Translations under genes and position numbers: made by a program
NCBI GenBank assembly: GCA_002269645.1
Contig: NIVC01000467.1
Coordinates: 186,001 to 250,000, forward strand
DNA: 64,000 nucleotides
Direction: 5' to 3'
Origin: Macrostomum lignano
Taxonomy: Eukaryota
Part shown: one piece after another, positions 26,336-44,253 of the stretch
Layout of the letters: every line of letters starts with the position of its first letter
Position numbering within the stretch: position 1 is the first letter of the stretch
The notes under the pieces: model-generated
What the model saw: only the letters and a program-made list of their open reading frames with translations
What the model was told of the DNA's origin: nothing
The model's database searches: none

Positions 26336-27214
26336 ATTGCGCAAGTTTCAAATTATTAGCGTTCAAATATTGACGCGTTCGTTTAGTCTAACCTGATAAT
26401 AAACGCATAGTAGAAATTATGAGTTATGAATAACAAAATTTATCCATGTTTGGAATGCAATAAATATAAATTATTTATGCGCAACTTATATATTCATATA
26501 TTGCATATGCACCGCTTATAAACAATTATAGTAGTCTTATTGGTTTAATAGCCTAACAGCGTAATTGTGCCCTAGTCAATCGATTTAAAAAAGATAATAA
26601 TAGAATCATTAAAAATGCTACTAATGCAGTATGACATAGTTTGGATTCTTTTTTTAATCGATTAACTAGACATTATGTTTACACTATAAACAGTTATATT
26701 ACTACTCTATGCTCAGCTCATCATAATATAATATTCAGAATTTGTGTTGTCAACTCTAATAATACGTACTTTTATTTATCCACTTATCTTATTATCTAGT
26801 CAATTGTTTATTTATCTGAGTATTCCTATCCACTTATTAATTTCCTGTTTTTATTAATGAATTTAATTAATTCTTTTTGGCAATATGCTTCAGTATTCAT
26901 TATATAAGAAGTGACATTTTATTTCATTTCTTTCTCTTAGCACAATTGAATCATTTAACGTTCAGAAGCAGCTTAACTTAGTGTTGAATATCTGTGCAAC
27001 CCAACAACCGTCTGTCCAGTTTATCGTAAACATTTTCTATCGATTTTTTCGCGTTATAACTGCACACGGTTGCGCTTGCTGAATATATAAAAAGAAAAAA
27101 AATTAACGGTTTTTACCGTCCGTTTTTTGCACCACAGTTGCTGTGTGTTGTTTTTTTACTTCACGAGTATATCGAACAAAATTAGCTCTTTAGGCATTAG
27201 TTTTCAGTCGCAAA

Positions 27215-29073
27215 TCATATATTAAGCTCGTGTTTCAAGCATCCTTTTCTGTTTATATTGTTTTTCTGTGTTAATTTACTAATGGAGCTCCGGTTTTGTC
27301 TTGTATTGTTACAAGACTTCAGCCATACAGTCTCGCTTCCGTGATACAGGGTTTCACTTTGCTCAACAGTCTCCGGTAGAGGCAGACCGCTCGTCTCAGG
27401 CAGTACGTAGATCAGCACAGAGCTTATTGCTGCTAGTCCGCCAAATAGTAAACCAGGTAGCCAGGGTTCTATGGTGGCTAAACTGCCAATTACTGGCGAT
27501 ATTGTTGTGAGCAGGGCGCTGAGCAGAAGCGTTAAAAACATGCCAGTATTGCGTACGGAAGTTGGAAACAATTCGGCAGCAAGAATGCTCATGATTGAGA
27601 AGGCTGTCGTTAGTAGCGTCTTGCCTGCGGAAGTTGTTTAAATATGAACTAACTAAGCCTAAGGCCCCATAAGCGACTCGATCAGTAAGTAAGACTCACC
27701 AATAATCGCAACAACCAACTTGGCGACACCGTATGCTTGAAAAGCGGATACAATGATACAGGCGCCACTCACTGCGGTAGAAGTTATTGTTGGCCAACGC
27801 CTGCCAAGCAGATTGCATAACGGAGCAGCGATCAAGTAGCTTGGAATTTCCAGGGCTCCACTTATCGCCGTGTTGATGAATATATTCTCTGTGATGAAGC
27901 TACTATCTATGGAGAGGCCATAGTAGCACAATGAAAGGACTAGCATCATCCAGAATCAAATTAAGGTCTTCTTGCGCATTTGCGAAAATTGGAATAGCTC
28001 TTGCACTCGGCCTGTTGGCTCGGCTTCAATGTTTACGTCCTAAGTATAAAGTGTTTAGGTTTTAATTAATTACAGCTACTAATATAATTTGATTGCTGGA
28101 AGCACACAACTCTACTATTTGTTCCTTACAAAGTTTTCATCTGGCGTCCATTGTACTCCATTCCACCTTGCCAGCTGTGAGAACACTTTTTTAGCGTCCT
28201 CAGTCCGTCCTCGAAGCACCAGCCATCTTGGCGATTCTGGCACGAACAGGTAGATAAACGGATAGCTGATGCAAAACGCGCAACTGACCAGTTGGATCCT
28301 GCGCCAGTCCTGCAGAAGATAGGCCAAAATTGCACTACTCATGTAACCTGCGCACCAGAATAGCCAATAAAAGTTTCCAACTAATCCTCTGTGCTCCTGC
28401 ATCGTCAACTCGTACAGAAGCAGCAATCCTTGTGAGTAGATCGGTGTTGGTATGCCTTGAACAGAAGCAGACAATGGAAATTTTGACTGGGTGTCCTGTG
28501 TAATGAAATAGCTCGTATTTGAAAACCGTATGGAATGTAATGAACTAACAGCTCACCGATTAAAAACCTTGACAAAATCTGCGTCTCAACGGTTGGCATA
28601 AACACTGGAAGCAGCGTCGTCAGGATGTCCAATGCGCCTGCTCCATAGAAGAGTGCTTTACGGCCGATTCGATCGCCTAGCGTGCTCAATAGAATTCCCA
28701 AAGCGTGTCCAAGAAAGTACATCGAAGTCATAACAGTTGCGTATATACTTCTGTCACATATCATATCGTACTCTTCGATCAATGTCTTCTTAAAGTAAAC
28801 TTGTCTGTACTGGAAATTTTTACAAGACTCGGTATAGTTGCCCCCTGTACTTTCGTTGAAGTATCGAGTGATTTCGCAGTGAGCCGCATATTCTTGCGGA
28901 TCGTATCCGCTTGTGTTCTGCTGTGCGCAACGGTATAAAGGCTGCGACTGCATTAGTACAAACAATTGCAACTCGCACATGGCCTTGAAGCAAAGTACAC
29001 CGAACAGCAACAGCATGACTACTTGCAATCGGCCAAAACCGCCAGTGTTTTTAAGCAGTATCTCGTACTCCAT
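27215..29073 (-). CDS. SLC22-family (organic cation/carnitine-type MFS) transporter, 4 exons (28557-29073, 28130-28455, 27700-28039, 27215-27624), with in-frame TGA at 27956-27958
   Basis: Motifs GGFGRLQ, LIEEYDMICDR, LGDRIGRK, VPESPRWL, YYGL, LGRR, ELFPTSVRNTG and LPETSGLPLPET. Exons total 1593 nt (531 codons) with consistent phases and short introns. May be a pseudogene or carry a sequencing error. Confidence 0.85.
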
Positions 29074-29906
29074 TTAGATTTTCGAGTCAATCCTAAAATT
29101 TGATAGTTTGGTGCCAAACTAATGTTTAACCTCATGAAAACTGCAAAGCTGCTGTCTCGAATTCGAATTCGCGAATTAATGTTTAGCAGTAGGTACTCCA
29201 GGTATTTAGTTTTGTTTCGCCTAACGGGCTGACAAACAGTGTTATTAGCGCTTACTTGCTGCAGAAATCACAGCTCGTTTTTTATACCGCTTTCAGTTTT
29301 TAGCCCAGCCAACCGTATAAGTTTATCTTGTCTGTGAAGTCTTATCTCGATTTTTTTAAAATGATCTTTGCTTCGCAATACTCTCAGCATGTTTGTTTCG
29401 GTTGTTTAGACTAACTTTCATGTTCAGTTAAACTTTCGGCTTTATGCTTGCAAAGCAGCTTTAGATATAGAAGTTATGCTTTTACCTGAAGTTTGGTATG
29501 CCGTTTAAAAAGTTATTAGAAGTAGTAGAAATTCTCCGAGCACAAGCACAAAATCATATGAGTAGGTTATTATCGAAGAAAATGTTTCCAATAAAATTAG
29601 GAAACAGAATGGACGCACGTGTAAAGAAATAATGTGTTGAGTATAGCAAGATCGAAAGTTGTAACTTTGCTACTTAGTTTAAAATCGTATCACTCGTATT
29701 ATCATTGGCTGTCGATCTATGATACAGCTCCACTGTAGCTGGCTTGGTATCCTGCAGTCGCATTTCTTCTTGCTTAAGGAAAGTTGGCCTCGAGCCAAGC
29801 GGCCTAACTAGATAGAATTGAACTGCCGCGGGTTTTGCTCCCTTGCTGTGCTCCGACAAAACATACGAACAAAAAATTATAGCGAAAAAGTACGTGTATA
29901 CGGTAG

Positions 29907-30284
29907 GGGGCCGTAGCTCAGCGGTCTAGCGCAGGCTCTGGTGTGCCAGCGACCCAGGCTCGATTCCAAGTGCAGTCACATTAATTTGGGGCTGAATTGG
30001 AATCTCAGCTTGGCTCTGCTCGTGCAATTAACGGCCTTGAGAGCCAACCCCCCAAGGCGCAGTGAAGTGTACATGCCTAACGATAAAATAAAGTTCGGGC
30101 CGCTGTACACTCCTGTGTGAGTGTGTGCCTGCGTACGTATCTGCGCGCTTGTATGCCTGCTCAGGGGAGTCGGCGGAATGGGCAGTAATGCCTCTCGCCG
30201 GTTGTGTACCTATGTAGCTTAAAGTGCACCAGGGTGCACACAACCCCCCTGCCTCTAAAAATAAAAATAAAAAATAAATAAATA
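29907..30284 (+). mobile_element. tRNA-derived SINE family 1, full-length copy
   Basis: A box TAGCTCAGCGG, B-box-like GGCTCGATTCC, A-rich tail and a 15-bp TSD ACGTGTATACGGTAG (29892-29906 and 30285-30299). Confidence 0.92.
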
Positions 30285-30308
30285 ACGTGTATACGGTAGT
30301 AACTATGC

Positions 30309-30510
30309 CAGGTGTCGGCAAACTTTTTTACCTTAGAAGCCAGATAGAGAACCAAGCCCGTGACTGCGGGCCAGAGGAGGATAGAGAAGAGAGGAAATAA
30401 AGAAGAAATCAAGATGAGAGAAAAATGGAAAGAAAAGAGAAAAGACGAGAAAAGGAAAAGACAAGCCTTGAGCAGGCCGGATTGCTATTGTGAAGTTTTT
30501 ATACAGGTGC
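30309..30510. mobile_element. hAT MITE family 2, short copy with a GA-rich core of about 95 bp
   Basis: Left TIR CAGGTGTCGGCAAACT; GACTGCGGGCCAGA and GGATTGCTATTGTGAAGT flanks shared with 36217-36775. Right TIR not seen. Confidence 0.6.
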
Positions 30511-30739
30511 TATATTTGTTCTATATGCAGCAAAGTATTTTTACTTTTGCTTATCATTAGTAAATAAAGTTTCTGCATTCAATCGTATATTTCTGTACAT
30601 TGCACACGTATTTGCATTCGAGGAGTATTTAGATATGTACGGCTAGCTTTTGTAGCTTGAAGATATCCGCATCTTAAGCACCATCATATCTCTCAATTTA
30701 AGTCAGTCTCTCAATTTAAATATTCATTTTCAGTTACAA

Positions 30740-36038
<5,299 letters not shown>

Positions 36039-36216
36039 TGAATGAGTAGCCGAGGATATGACTAGTACGACAGACTCTAGACCAACTAGCAACAACTTTA
36101 ACCGTATCGCTATTATCCCGCGAAATCCGCCCCATCATTTGATCATCGTTTTTTATTTAGTTTGATGCTTACATTTTTAGATTTTAGCTTTAAAAAAATG
36201 GCTAGATTTCTTCGAG

Positions 36217-36775
36217 CAGCGGTTGGCAAACTCTTTATCTCCAGATCCAGGTGGGGAATCTAGCGCATGACTGCGGGCCAGATGAGGGAAGAGAGGAGAA
36301 GAGAGAGGCGAGGAGAGGAGAGAGTCGAGAAGAGGAGAGGAGAGAGGCGAGGAGAGGAGAGAGTCGAGAAGAGGAGAGGAGAGAGGCGAGGAGAAGAGAG
36401 GAGAGAGGCGAGGAGAGAAGAGAGGCGATGAGAGGAGAGGCGAGGAGAAGAGAGGAGAGAGAGGAGAGGAGAGGAGAGGAGAAGAGAGGAGAGGAGAGGA
36501 GAGAGGAGAGGAGAGAGGCGAGGAGAGGAGAGGAGAAGAGAGGAGAGGAGAGAGGAAAGGAGAGAGGAGAGAGGAGAGAAGAGAGGAGAGGAGAGGAGAG
36601 AGGCGAGGAGAGGAGAAGAGAGGAGAGGAGAGAGAGAGGAGAGGAGAAGAGAGGAGAGGAGAGAGAGAGAGAGGAGAGGAGAGAGGCGATTAGAGAGGAT
36701 AGCTGAAAAGAGAAACATTGAGCATTGCTATTGTGAAGTCTCACAGGACCCGAGGGTCGAGTTTGCCGACCCCTG
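36217..36775. mobile_element. hAT MITE family 2 with a GA-rich core of about 420 bp
   Basis: TIRs CAGCGGTTGGCAAACTC and GAGTTTGCCGACCCCTG. Degenerate TSD TCTTCGAG / CCTTAGAG. Confidence 0.78.
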
Positions 36776-37139
36776 CCTTAGAGTTTTGCCCATTTTGCCA
36801 TTCGGTAGTCTAGAAAGTAGAACAAACGAGAACTAAAAATTAGTTACAATTAGGTTAGTTTTTTATATTATTTGTACACTAATTTACGAGTATATACCAT
36901 ATATTTTTTGAAATAGACTTCATTTCTCTTCACTCTTTTCGTCAGTTTCATTAATATAAAATGATACGACATACTCATTTTGAGAATTTCTTCCCACAAC
37001 CCCGGTTTAGAAAGCCTAATGATATATAATTATTAATTATTCTGCGAAGTGCCTTCTGGTTTGTTTGTTTTGATACAATTCGAATTTAAATAACCCAAAA
37101 AATTCATCAGAGTCAAAATTTCAAAATGTTAGCATTGAG

Positions 37140-37560
37140 ATAGAGGCTGGATTCTATTGGGGATAGAGGCTGGATTCTATTGGGGATAGAGGCTGGATTC
37201 TATTGGGATATATGCTGGATTCTATTGGGATAGAGGCTGGATTCTATTGGGATAGATGCTGGATTCTATTGGGATAGATGCTGGATTCTATTGGGGATAG
37301 AGACTGGATTGCATTGGGATAGAGGCTGGATTGCATTGGAATAGAGGCTGGATTCTATTGGGGATAGAGGCTGGATTCTATTGGGGATAGAGGCTGGATT
37401 CTATTGGGGATAAAGGCTGGATTGCATTGGGATAGAGGCTGGATTGCATTGGGATAGAGGCTGGATTCTATTGGGGATAGAGGCTGGATTCTATTGGGGA
37501 TAAAGGCTGGATTGCATTGGGATAGAGGCTGGATTGCATTGGGATAGAGGCTGGATTGCA
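37140..37560. repeat. 22-23-bp minisatellite (GGGATAGAGGCTGGATTCTATT[G])n
   Basis: Directly visible. Confidence 0.93.
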
Positions 37561-38003
37561 CTTTATTGATACTCGGAAACTATAAATTACACAAAAGCTT
37601 ATATTTACTTTTTGACTTGCAACTTTAGGCAATCTATGAATGCCATAGACTTTATTGGTTACATTCATTGAGTGCGTTCAAATAAATAAAGCTTTAAATG
37701 AAAAGGTTTTGCCTGCAACGGCCGTTGGGAGAGACGGAAACGTTCTCTTTAAAAAGAAATTTTATCAGGTAAACGGCAAGCCATACTTCCATCCGCATCG
37801 AGTCCGTTTTTGAAGTTTATAAACAGTCTGACCGAAATTCTATGCCAAGAAGAAGTAAGTGTTCTGTTTGAACGTTGTACAAGTATATAAGCTTGTTTAT
37901 ACACTCTGCAATATTACATGTAAAACCGCCACCCTAGATCCAGCGAGGGTTGGAAAAGCTTGCAACAATGCAGCATGTGTACGCTCGTGTAAATGCTTGG
38001 ATT

Positions 38004-38223
38004 GGTTGTAGTTTTAGTGGTTAGAGCGTCTGACTAGCGATTGAAAGGTCGGGGGTTCGATTCCGATTCCACTGGAACGATTTGTGCCCTTGAGACACTT
38101 AACTCTGCATTGTTTCACTTCACTGGGTGCCAGCATTAGCTGGGGTAATTGAGGGTGTGTGTGGCGAACCCCCCTTCAGCAATAGCTGCGGCTGAGCTGT
38201 GGGTTGCACATCAATTATTATTA
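38004..38223 (+). mobile_element. tRNA-derived SINE family 2 (CORE-like)
   Basis: A-box-like TAGTTTTAGTGG and B box GGTTCGATTCC (38054-38064), followed by TGTGCCCTTGAGACACTTAAC. Homologous to 52349-52530. Confidence 0.7.
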
Positions 38224-38569
38224 TAGTGTAGTTGATTGAGATCAAAAGGTGTGGCGAGTCGTGTCTTCATGCAGTTGCGAACAGCAAAGTATGCACTTCG
38301 GCTTAAACAGTAGCTTTTTGGCAACTTGATCCCCTTCTCGTGTTGTACAGTTAAAACATGTCTGTCATGTCTGGCTTACATGTGCGTAACTCACGAGATA
38401 CGTTACGCTGAAGGTTTATTCATGGCGTGCTGTTGAAATGCTAGAAGTCTATCAGTGAAACTGCTAGAAGATTTAGACTGAAGCCCAATGCTAAAGGCAT
38501 GCAGTCGCGGTGCTTTGATCTGCGGAGAGCAGGGTTTCGGAAAACTTACTTCAGATATTGAATCTATAA

Positions 38570-38830
38570 ACGCATGACTGCTGGCCATAGAGAGGAGAGA
38601 TGCGAAATGAGAGAGGAGAGGAGAGATTAGAGAGGATGAGGGAGGAGAGGGGAGATGAGAGAGGATGAGGGAGGAGAGGATAGATGAGAGAGGGGAGATG
38701 TGAGAGGAGAGCTGGGAGAGGAGAGGGGAGAAGGGAGATAAAAGAGGATAGGAGAGAGAAAGAGAAGAGAGCTGAGCAGAGACACAGACGGGCCGGATTG
38801 CTACGAGAATTTTCAAAAGGACCCGAAGGC
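38570..38830. mobile_element. hAT MITE family 2 relic with a GA-rich core of about 190 bp
   Basis: Flanks GCATGACTGCTGGCC and GGATTGCTA...GGACCCGAAGG match the other copies. TIRs lost. Confidence 0.55.
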
Positions 38831-38894
38831 CGCGGATAGAGAAGTTTCGATCTCTTGGATATTTGTACTAACTATGTACTTAAATTCCTACCAG

Positions 38895-41830
38895 ATGAAA
38901 ACTGTCGAAACGTCGAAATCGTCTAGAATTGTTAATGCCAACGGACCCAGCAGTCATGAAGATCGAAATCGAGCACAAAATCAAAGCGCCAATAGACTAA
39001 TCGCACCGTTGCGCGGCTATAAAACTCAGCGGCATCCGATTCAGCTGCATCATCATCACCATCATCATCAAAAGCAACGCCAAAAGCAAAGTCAAAAGAC
39101 TGACCGCTCTGCACAGTGTGGCGGCGATAGCAATCGCGGCAATAGTAACGGTACACTCGGTCACGAGGATCGCCAGCACTCTCAGCAGCAGCGACGGCAG
39201 CCCGACAGCAGCAAGCAACAACGAGGAGACGCCGAGCAAGCAGACGAATCAGCTGGCGAAAAGCCCCCCAAAGCTCAAACGGCTGCTGCTGGCGATTCCG
39301 TCGCGGCAGTGCCGCAATATCAGCAGCAGCAGTTTGCTAGCAACAGCAAGCCCGTGAAGAGCATCATCTACCTGGCATTGTCCAATGATTTCGCTTCTTC
39401 TTCGTCAAGCGTTGTCGTTGAGCAGCAGCAGCAGCAAAGTCAACAGGCGCAGGCTTTCAATCAGTCCGACGTGAACAACGCTGAGTCGCCATCTACGATG
39501 ACTATTGAGAGTCCGGACGATGGCACAGCAATAGAGAAACCCGACGCGGTGTTGCGCACTCGTAAGGCGCCTGGCAACCACTATTGCATCAGTTCGCAGA
39601 CAACCATCGCAATTCGATTGGCTGCGGCTCCGTCGTCGCAGTCGAACGATGATTCCGACGCGGAATTATCGAAACCATCGGCGTCGAAAGTTAAGAAAGC
39701 ATCCGTTGCTATGGTGCCACGGATGGTGCTGTCCAGATCGACTTACGTTGCCCCGACTGGCGCTTTACCGCCAATGACCAGGCCAGCAGCGACGACGATG
39801 TCCAAGTCTACAGCCGCCACGCCGACAACAGCGCCAGCTAATAGGTGCATCCGATTTAATTTGGCCTCGGGCACCTGGGCGCCTGTCTGTCAGCAGCAGC
39901 AGCCGTTGACCGGCACAGAGGAGTGTTCGACAACGTAGGTTGGCTACTTTTGTGCGTTATGAAGTTTCTTTCGTCTGTTCAAACACAGCATTAGCTTTCT
40001 CCTAAGTACGGCACAGCGTCACAGGGCGACATCAGAAACACGGGGTCCTTGCACCAGCTGTCTGCACTCGTCACAAGATAGCAAAATAGCAAGACGCTGG
40101 ATGCCATGGCCCAGCGGCCCAGGCTCGATTTCAAGTGCAGTCACTTTTACGAGTATTTGGTGTTATATTGGAATCTCGGCTTGGCTCTGCTTGTGCAATT
40201 AACGCCCAGCTTGAAGGCCAAGGCACAGTGAATTTTAGAGTGCCTGTGCGTATATGACTGCGTACGTATCCGAGCGCTAGTGTGCCTGCTAAAGGGGAGT
40301 CGGCGGAATGGGCAGTAATGCCTCTCGCCGGTTGTGTGACAATGTCGCTTAAAGTGCGCCACGTAGGGTGCACACAGCCCCCTGCCGCTATCTAACAAAG
40401 ACGCAGGTTTACGGTTTAGGTTTAAGCATTTTAGACGTTTAATATGCCTTTTGTACTTTAGGTCGTGACGCAATCTACATGTATCAGTGTTTAGAGTGCA
40501 GTTTTTTCCTATTTAACTGCGTTTTTGTAGGTTGACTTTCCTTTCACTGTGTAAGACAAATTTAACGAATATTCGAAATAATTTTTTCTTTGCAATCCCA
40601 CGCAGTCAAAGCAAAGACAGAACCGGAACAATTCTAACTGGAAAGCAGCCAGGAAAATGTGTTTACCATCAGCCGCAGCCGCAGCCGCAGCAAGTTTGTC
40701 CGAGCGTGTTTCATCACGGCAAACCGCCGCATCGAACGGTGACGTCCCGTCCAGCGATGCTAACCAGACGGGTCAGGCCAGCTTCAACAATCAGGCAACA
40801 GGCAAAGCATCATCGCAACCAATCGCAAGCTGATGGAGACTCTCCCGCGGTAGCAACAACAGCAACGGGTTTTTTGCCTCGCTATTCGTTTGCCGAACAG
40901 TGCAGACCACCGTCAGTATCGTGTCGGATGACTTCGTCTATAGCTCGAAGGTGTGTCGAGTTTTCGCCGCGATGCTGGCACACAGTTGGCGCTCTGGCAG
41001 TAGCGTCGATTACATTGCAGCAGGCTTTTCTAGGCAATTTGCTGCCCCCAAAAATGCCTGCCGTAGTTGCCACAGCAGGGCATTGCTTTTATCTGGAAAA
41101 TTACGCATTAAATCGAGTTGCTAGGAGCTTTCCCGATACCTTCTGCGCCTGTATACGGATCGAGCTTGGCGAGCTCGTTGACAATTTTAACAGTTTTACT
41201 GGCAACTGGCTGCATCAGAATGCGAATCTTTTGCAACGACAACGAAACTCCAATTTGGAATGGCAGCAGCTTCAGACGCGCGCTAATTTGATGATACATC
41301 GGCCATTGTCGCTTACAGAGGAATCAAATGATGGATTGCATTCTCTACTGCTTCAGCACCGATCTGACTGCTGCCTATTTGAGCGACTCAGTTTGACAGC
41401 TCGCCTGTTTCCTGACGTAGGCGGCTATTTTGGTGAAGAAAACTCTTCGGCTTCAAGCACCGCACTGCTGACTTACATTGACTATCCTGTCGAGCTGCAC
41501 CTACTGGCGTCGGCATTGCAAAACTGTTCAAACACAGAACAGTTCTACCACAAAAAGCATCGTCTATTGAAGCAGGCTGTTTTGTCGAACGTTTCTAATG
41601 ATGAGACCATACAGCCAGCTGGCAGTGTCCAAGTGACATCATCAAAGCGACTATGTCGGTCGCATATAATTTTTCAACCGACAACAAGCAGCAGCACAGA
41701 GTCAGCCGACTGTAGCACTACATGTACATCGAGTTCAGAATACACCTCGTCTTCGGATGATTCTGATTGCGATTGCGAAAGCGAGATTTGCAGCCTCTAC
41801 AGCTGGTCTTGTTCATCTTCAGAGTTTTGA
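38895..41830 (+). CDS. Uncharacterised protein, 2 exons (38895-39934, 40606-41830), about 754 aa; Q/S-rich N-terminal half and a putative globular C-terminal domain
   Basis: Two long ORFs joined in frame by a phase-2 AC|GTAGGT ... CACGCAG|T intron; total 2265 nt. No family recognised. Upstream exons are possible because the ATG directly follows CCAG. Confidence 0.65.
40105..40395 (+). mobile_element. SINE family 1 copy in the intron of the uncharacterised gene
   Basis: CCCAGGCTCGATTTCAAGTGCAG...GGGTGCACACAGCCCC homologous to 29907-30284. Confidence 0.85.
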
Positions 41831-43813
41831 ATAACTCTTGAAATCGTTTGACAATCTCATTCAAGCTTTTTTACTTGGCATTTTTTCATTCAATCCTCCA
41901 TTTTTCTAGTCTGTTCGAAATATAACAGAAAAAAATTGATTTTTTCAAAACGGATTGATCGAATTGTATCTTCCGGGCAAAAACAACGAGTTAAGCTTAT
42001 AACTGTCTTAATTTAGCCAGAAAGAACTTGAATTTTGTAGCTTGGTACCCTCCAAATATGTTGTTCGGGTAAGTCAGCAAAAACTTTTCTAGGCTTGCGA
42101 AGATTAAGAAGCGGACGACGAGTTTGTGTAATAGTCGATCGAGTGCCTAAGCTATATATAATGCTACAGAGATATAACTTGTCTCTATACGATTACGCAG
42201 TTGCGTTTGGTACCTACTACTAAAAGTAACAGGGAGAATTTCATTCCAAAAGAATTAGATTGACGAATTATTACAAATAAAATGATTCGACTTAAACAGT
42301 TGCTGTTGGCAAGTGAAATCCCAATCTTGATGCGATTTAACTAGAAAAAATAATAAAAACTATTCTAAGATTTAACTAATTTTTTCCTACCTATTAGAAA
42401 AAGCTATCGGGGTTTTCTTTTCAACCAGGAAGAGTTGTTTTAGTTGGCAATTAATTCGCGGAAAAGCACTTTGTCAAACCCGCCCCGCGCCCTCCCAGAC
42501 TCACCATGTGGCAGTTGGGGGCTGCCACTGACAGTCTGACGAACGTTAATACTTTAATTTTGAAATTTAACATTTTTTTCGTGACTTAATAAACCACCCC
42601 TGACCCATTCCCCGCTGTCCCAGTTTTGGTCCTCTGAGTCCACCTTGTGCCCCAGTGGCTGGTTTGTTTCGTCATTTTTCCCCGTTCTTGCGTTGGTTAT
42701 CCCACTCCTTTCTATGGCCTTTTGCGTCCCTCCGTTGGAAACCTTGTTTATCTCCCTATTTTTTCCGTGTTAATTTTGTCTGTTCCTTGCTTGGTCCACG
42801 CGACCACCCTTTGCCACCAGCGTCTGACCCCTTTGGACCACTTGTTGCGTTTTTTTGTCTATTTATTGGTGCCCTCTGGAGCCACCCAATTTTTCATCTC
42901 TCTCTCCCCCCCTTTTTTTCGGCTCGGCTCTCTGCTCTCTTCCCCCCTCTCCTTAATTGCCTCTCCTTTCTTTAAATTTAATTTCTAATATTTAAGACCG
43001 CCAGTTTATTTGCACCCAGTCTATCTATTCAGTAGCTAGAGCACCGCGGCACCAGCCAATCATCCACCGGAGTGGTCACGGTCCAGTTTGATTATTTTAA
43101 ATACGTTTAGTGAAACTTAGTTAATAACTTTTATTCTTAATTTACTATGTAAATTAGTATACTGCCGCTGAAGTCTTAATAAAACAATTAATACGATATT
43201 AATCTCTTTTCGATAACCTGAAGCCTAGTTTATATTGAGTCATTTGCCCGTGGGGCGTAAAAAAACCCACCAGTCTCATCTCAAAGCAAGCTCTGAGACT
43301 TCAACGTTCCGTAATACGCAAATTACGGTGGTGGCAGCGCTACTCTACTGTTAGTAACAAGTTGATTCAAGCATACGAGATACGGTAAACTCGGTGTCTG
43401 AGGACACGCTCTGAACGCTCGGGCCAACGAAGACCGCTCGACTACGACTAAAACTACCCTCCCCCGGGATTGAGGACCCCGGCAGACGGAGCATCTACGA
43501 GAAATTTTAATTGGGATTCGTCCACGCAATTTTCCGGTTTTAATCCGTGCGAACACGACGCCAATCGGTTTCGAAGAAACCCGGACACCCGAGTTCAAAC
43601 TTTATAAGAATTAATTTTTTTTCTCCGCCCCACCTCAACCACAAAAAAAGGCGACTGAGACGACTGAGAGCTGTAGCCAGCGTTCTGTTTGTTTACGTTT
43701 ACTATTCTATTGTGTTTTCTTTCATTGTGTTTAATATTTTACCTAAAAAAGAAACATTTTCAGCCTAAATCTAATAAAATCATTTGTATATATGGATACT
43801 GGGGACAACACAT

Positions 43814-44253
43814 GGCGATTTGGCGATTTCTTAGTTTCCCGCGTTAAATTATTTTGTAAGTCCAAGCAATAAGCAATTAAGCAATAAGAAGTCCAAGTCC
43901 ATATATAAAAGTCCAGGGGCCATAGATGGGATGTCAGGGATGTCAGACAGCGGGGTAGTAGTGCGCAATAGTGCGTAGTCACGACCAGCTCGACGTTGGT
44001 AGCCACACTGTTCGCCTACGCAATGAAGGCACTCCATTGAATTTCGCAGTAGGCCTTACGTAGCGAGCCACTCCACTCCCGTCTCACCAGTGAGGACAGT
44101 CAGCTCCCGATGGTTCACGTTGAGGTTGCAGAGCTCAATGGTGGGCCTCAGAAGGTGTGGGTCAACAATGAAACGGTGTGCCTGAGGTCGTCCGACCATG
44201 ATCAGCTGAAAAAAGCAAAAAAATAATTTAATGCGGGAAACTAAGAAATCGCC
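43814..44253 (-). mobile_element. Merlin-like DNA transposon, internal-deletion derivative (440 bp)
   Basis: TIRs of about 33 bp (GGCGATTTCTTAGTTTCCCGCGTTAAATTATTTT and its inverse). 8-bp TSD CAACACAT at 43806-43813 and 44254-44261. Internal relic WLAT*GLLRNSMECLHC resembles the N-terminal zinc-binding region of Merlin/IS1595-like transposases. Confidence 0.75.

Noticed and set aside
27956-27958. Selenocysteine reading of the SLC22 TGA
   Set aside because: The position is a hydrophobic non-catalytic residue, SLC22 proteins are not known selenoproteins, and no SECIS was identified by eye.
29907-29985. tRNA gene (also 38004-38070)
   Set aside because: A and B boxes are present but no complete cloverleaf; both continue into repeated SINE bodies.
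37690-37860. Possible upstream exon of the uncharacterised gene (strong GTAAGT donor near 37855)
   Set aside because: No frame and phase combination gave a stop-free join to 38895.
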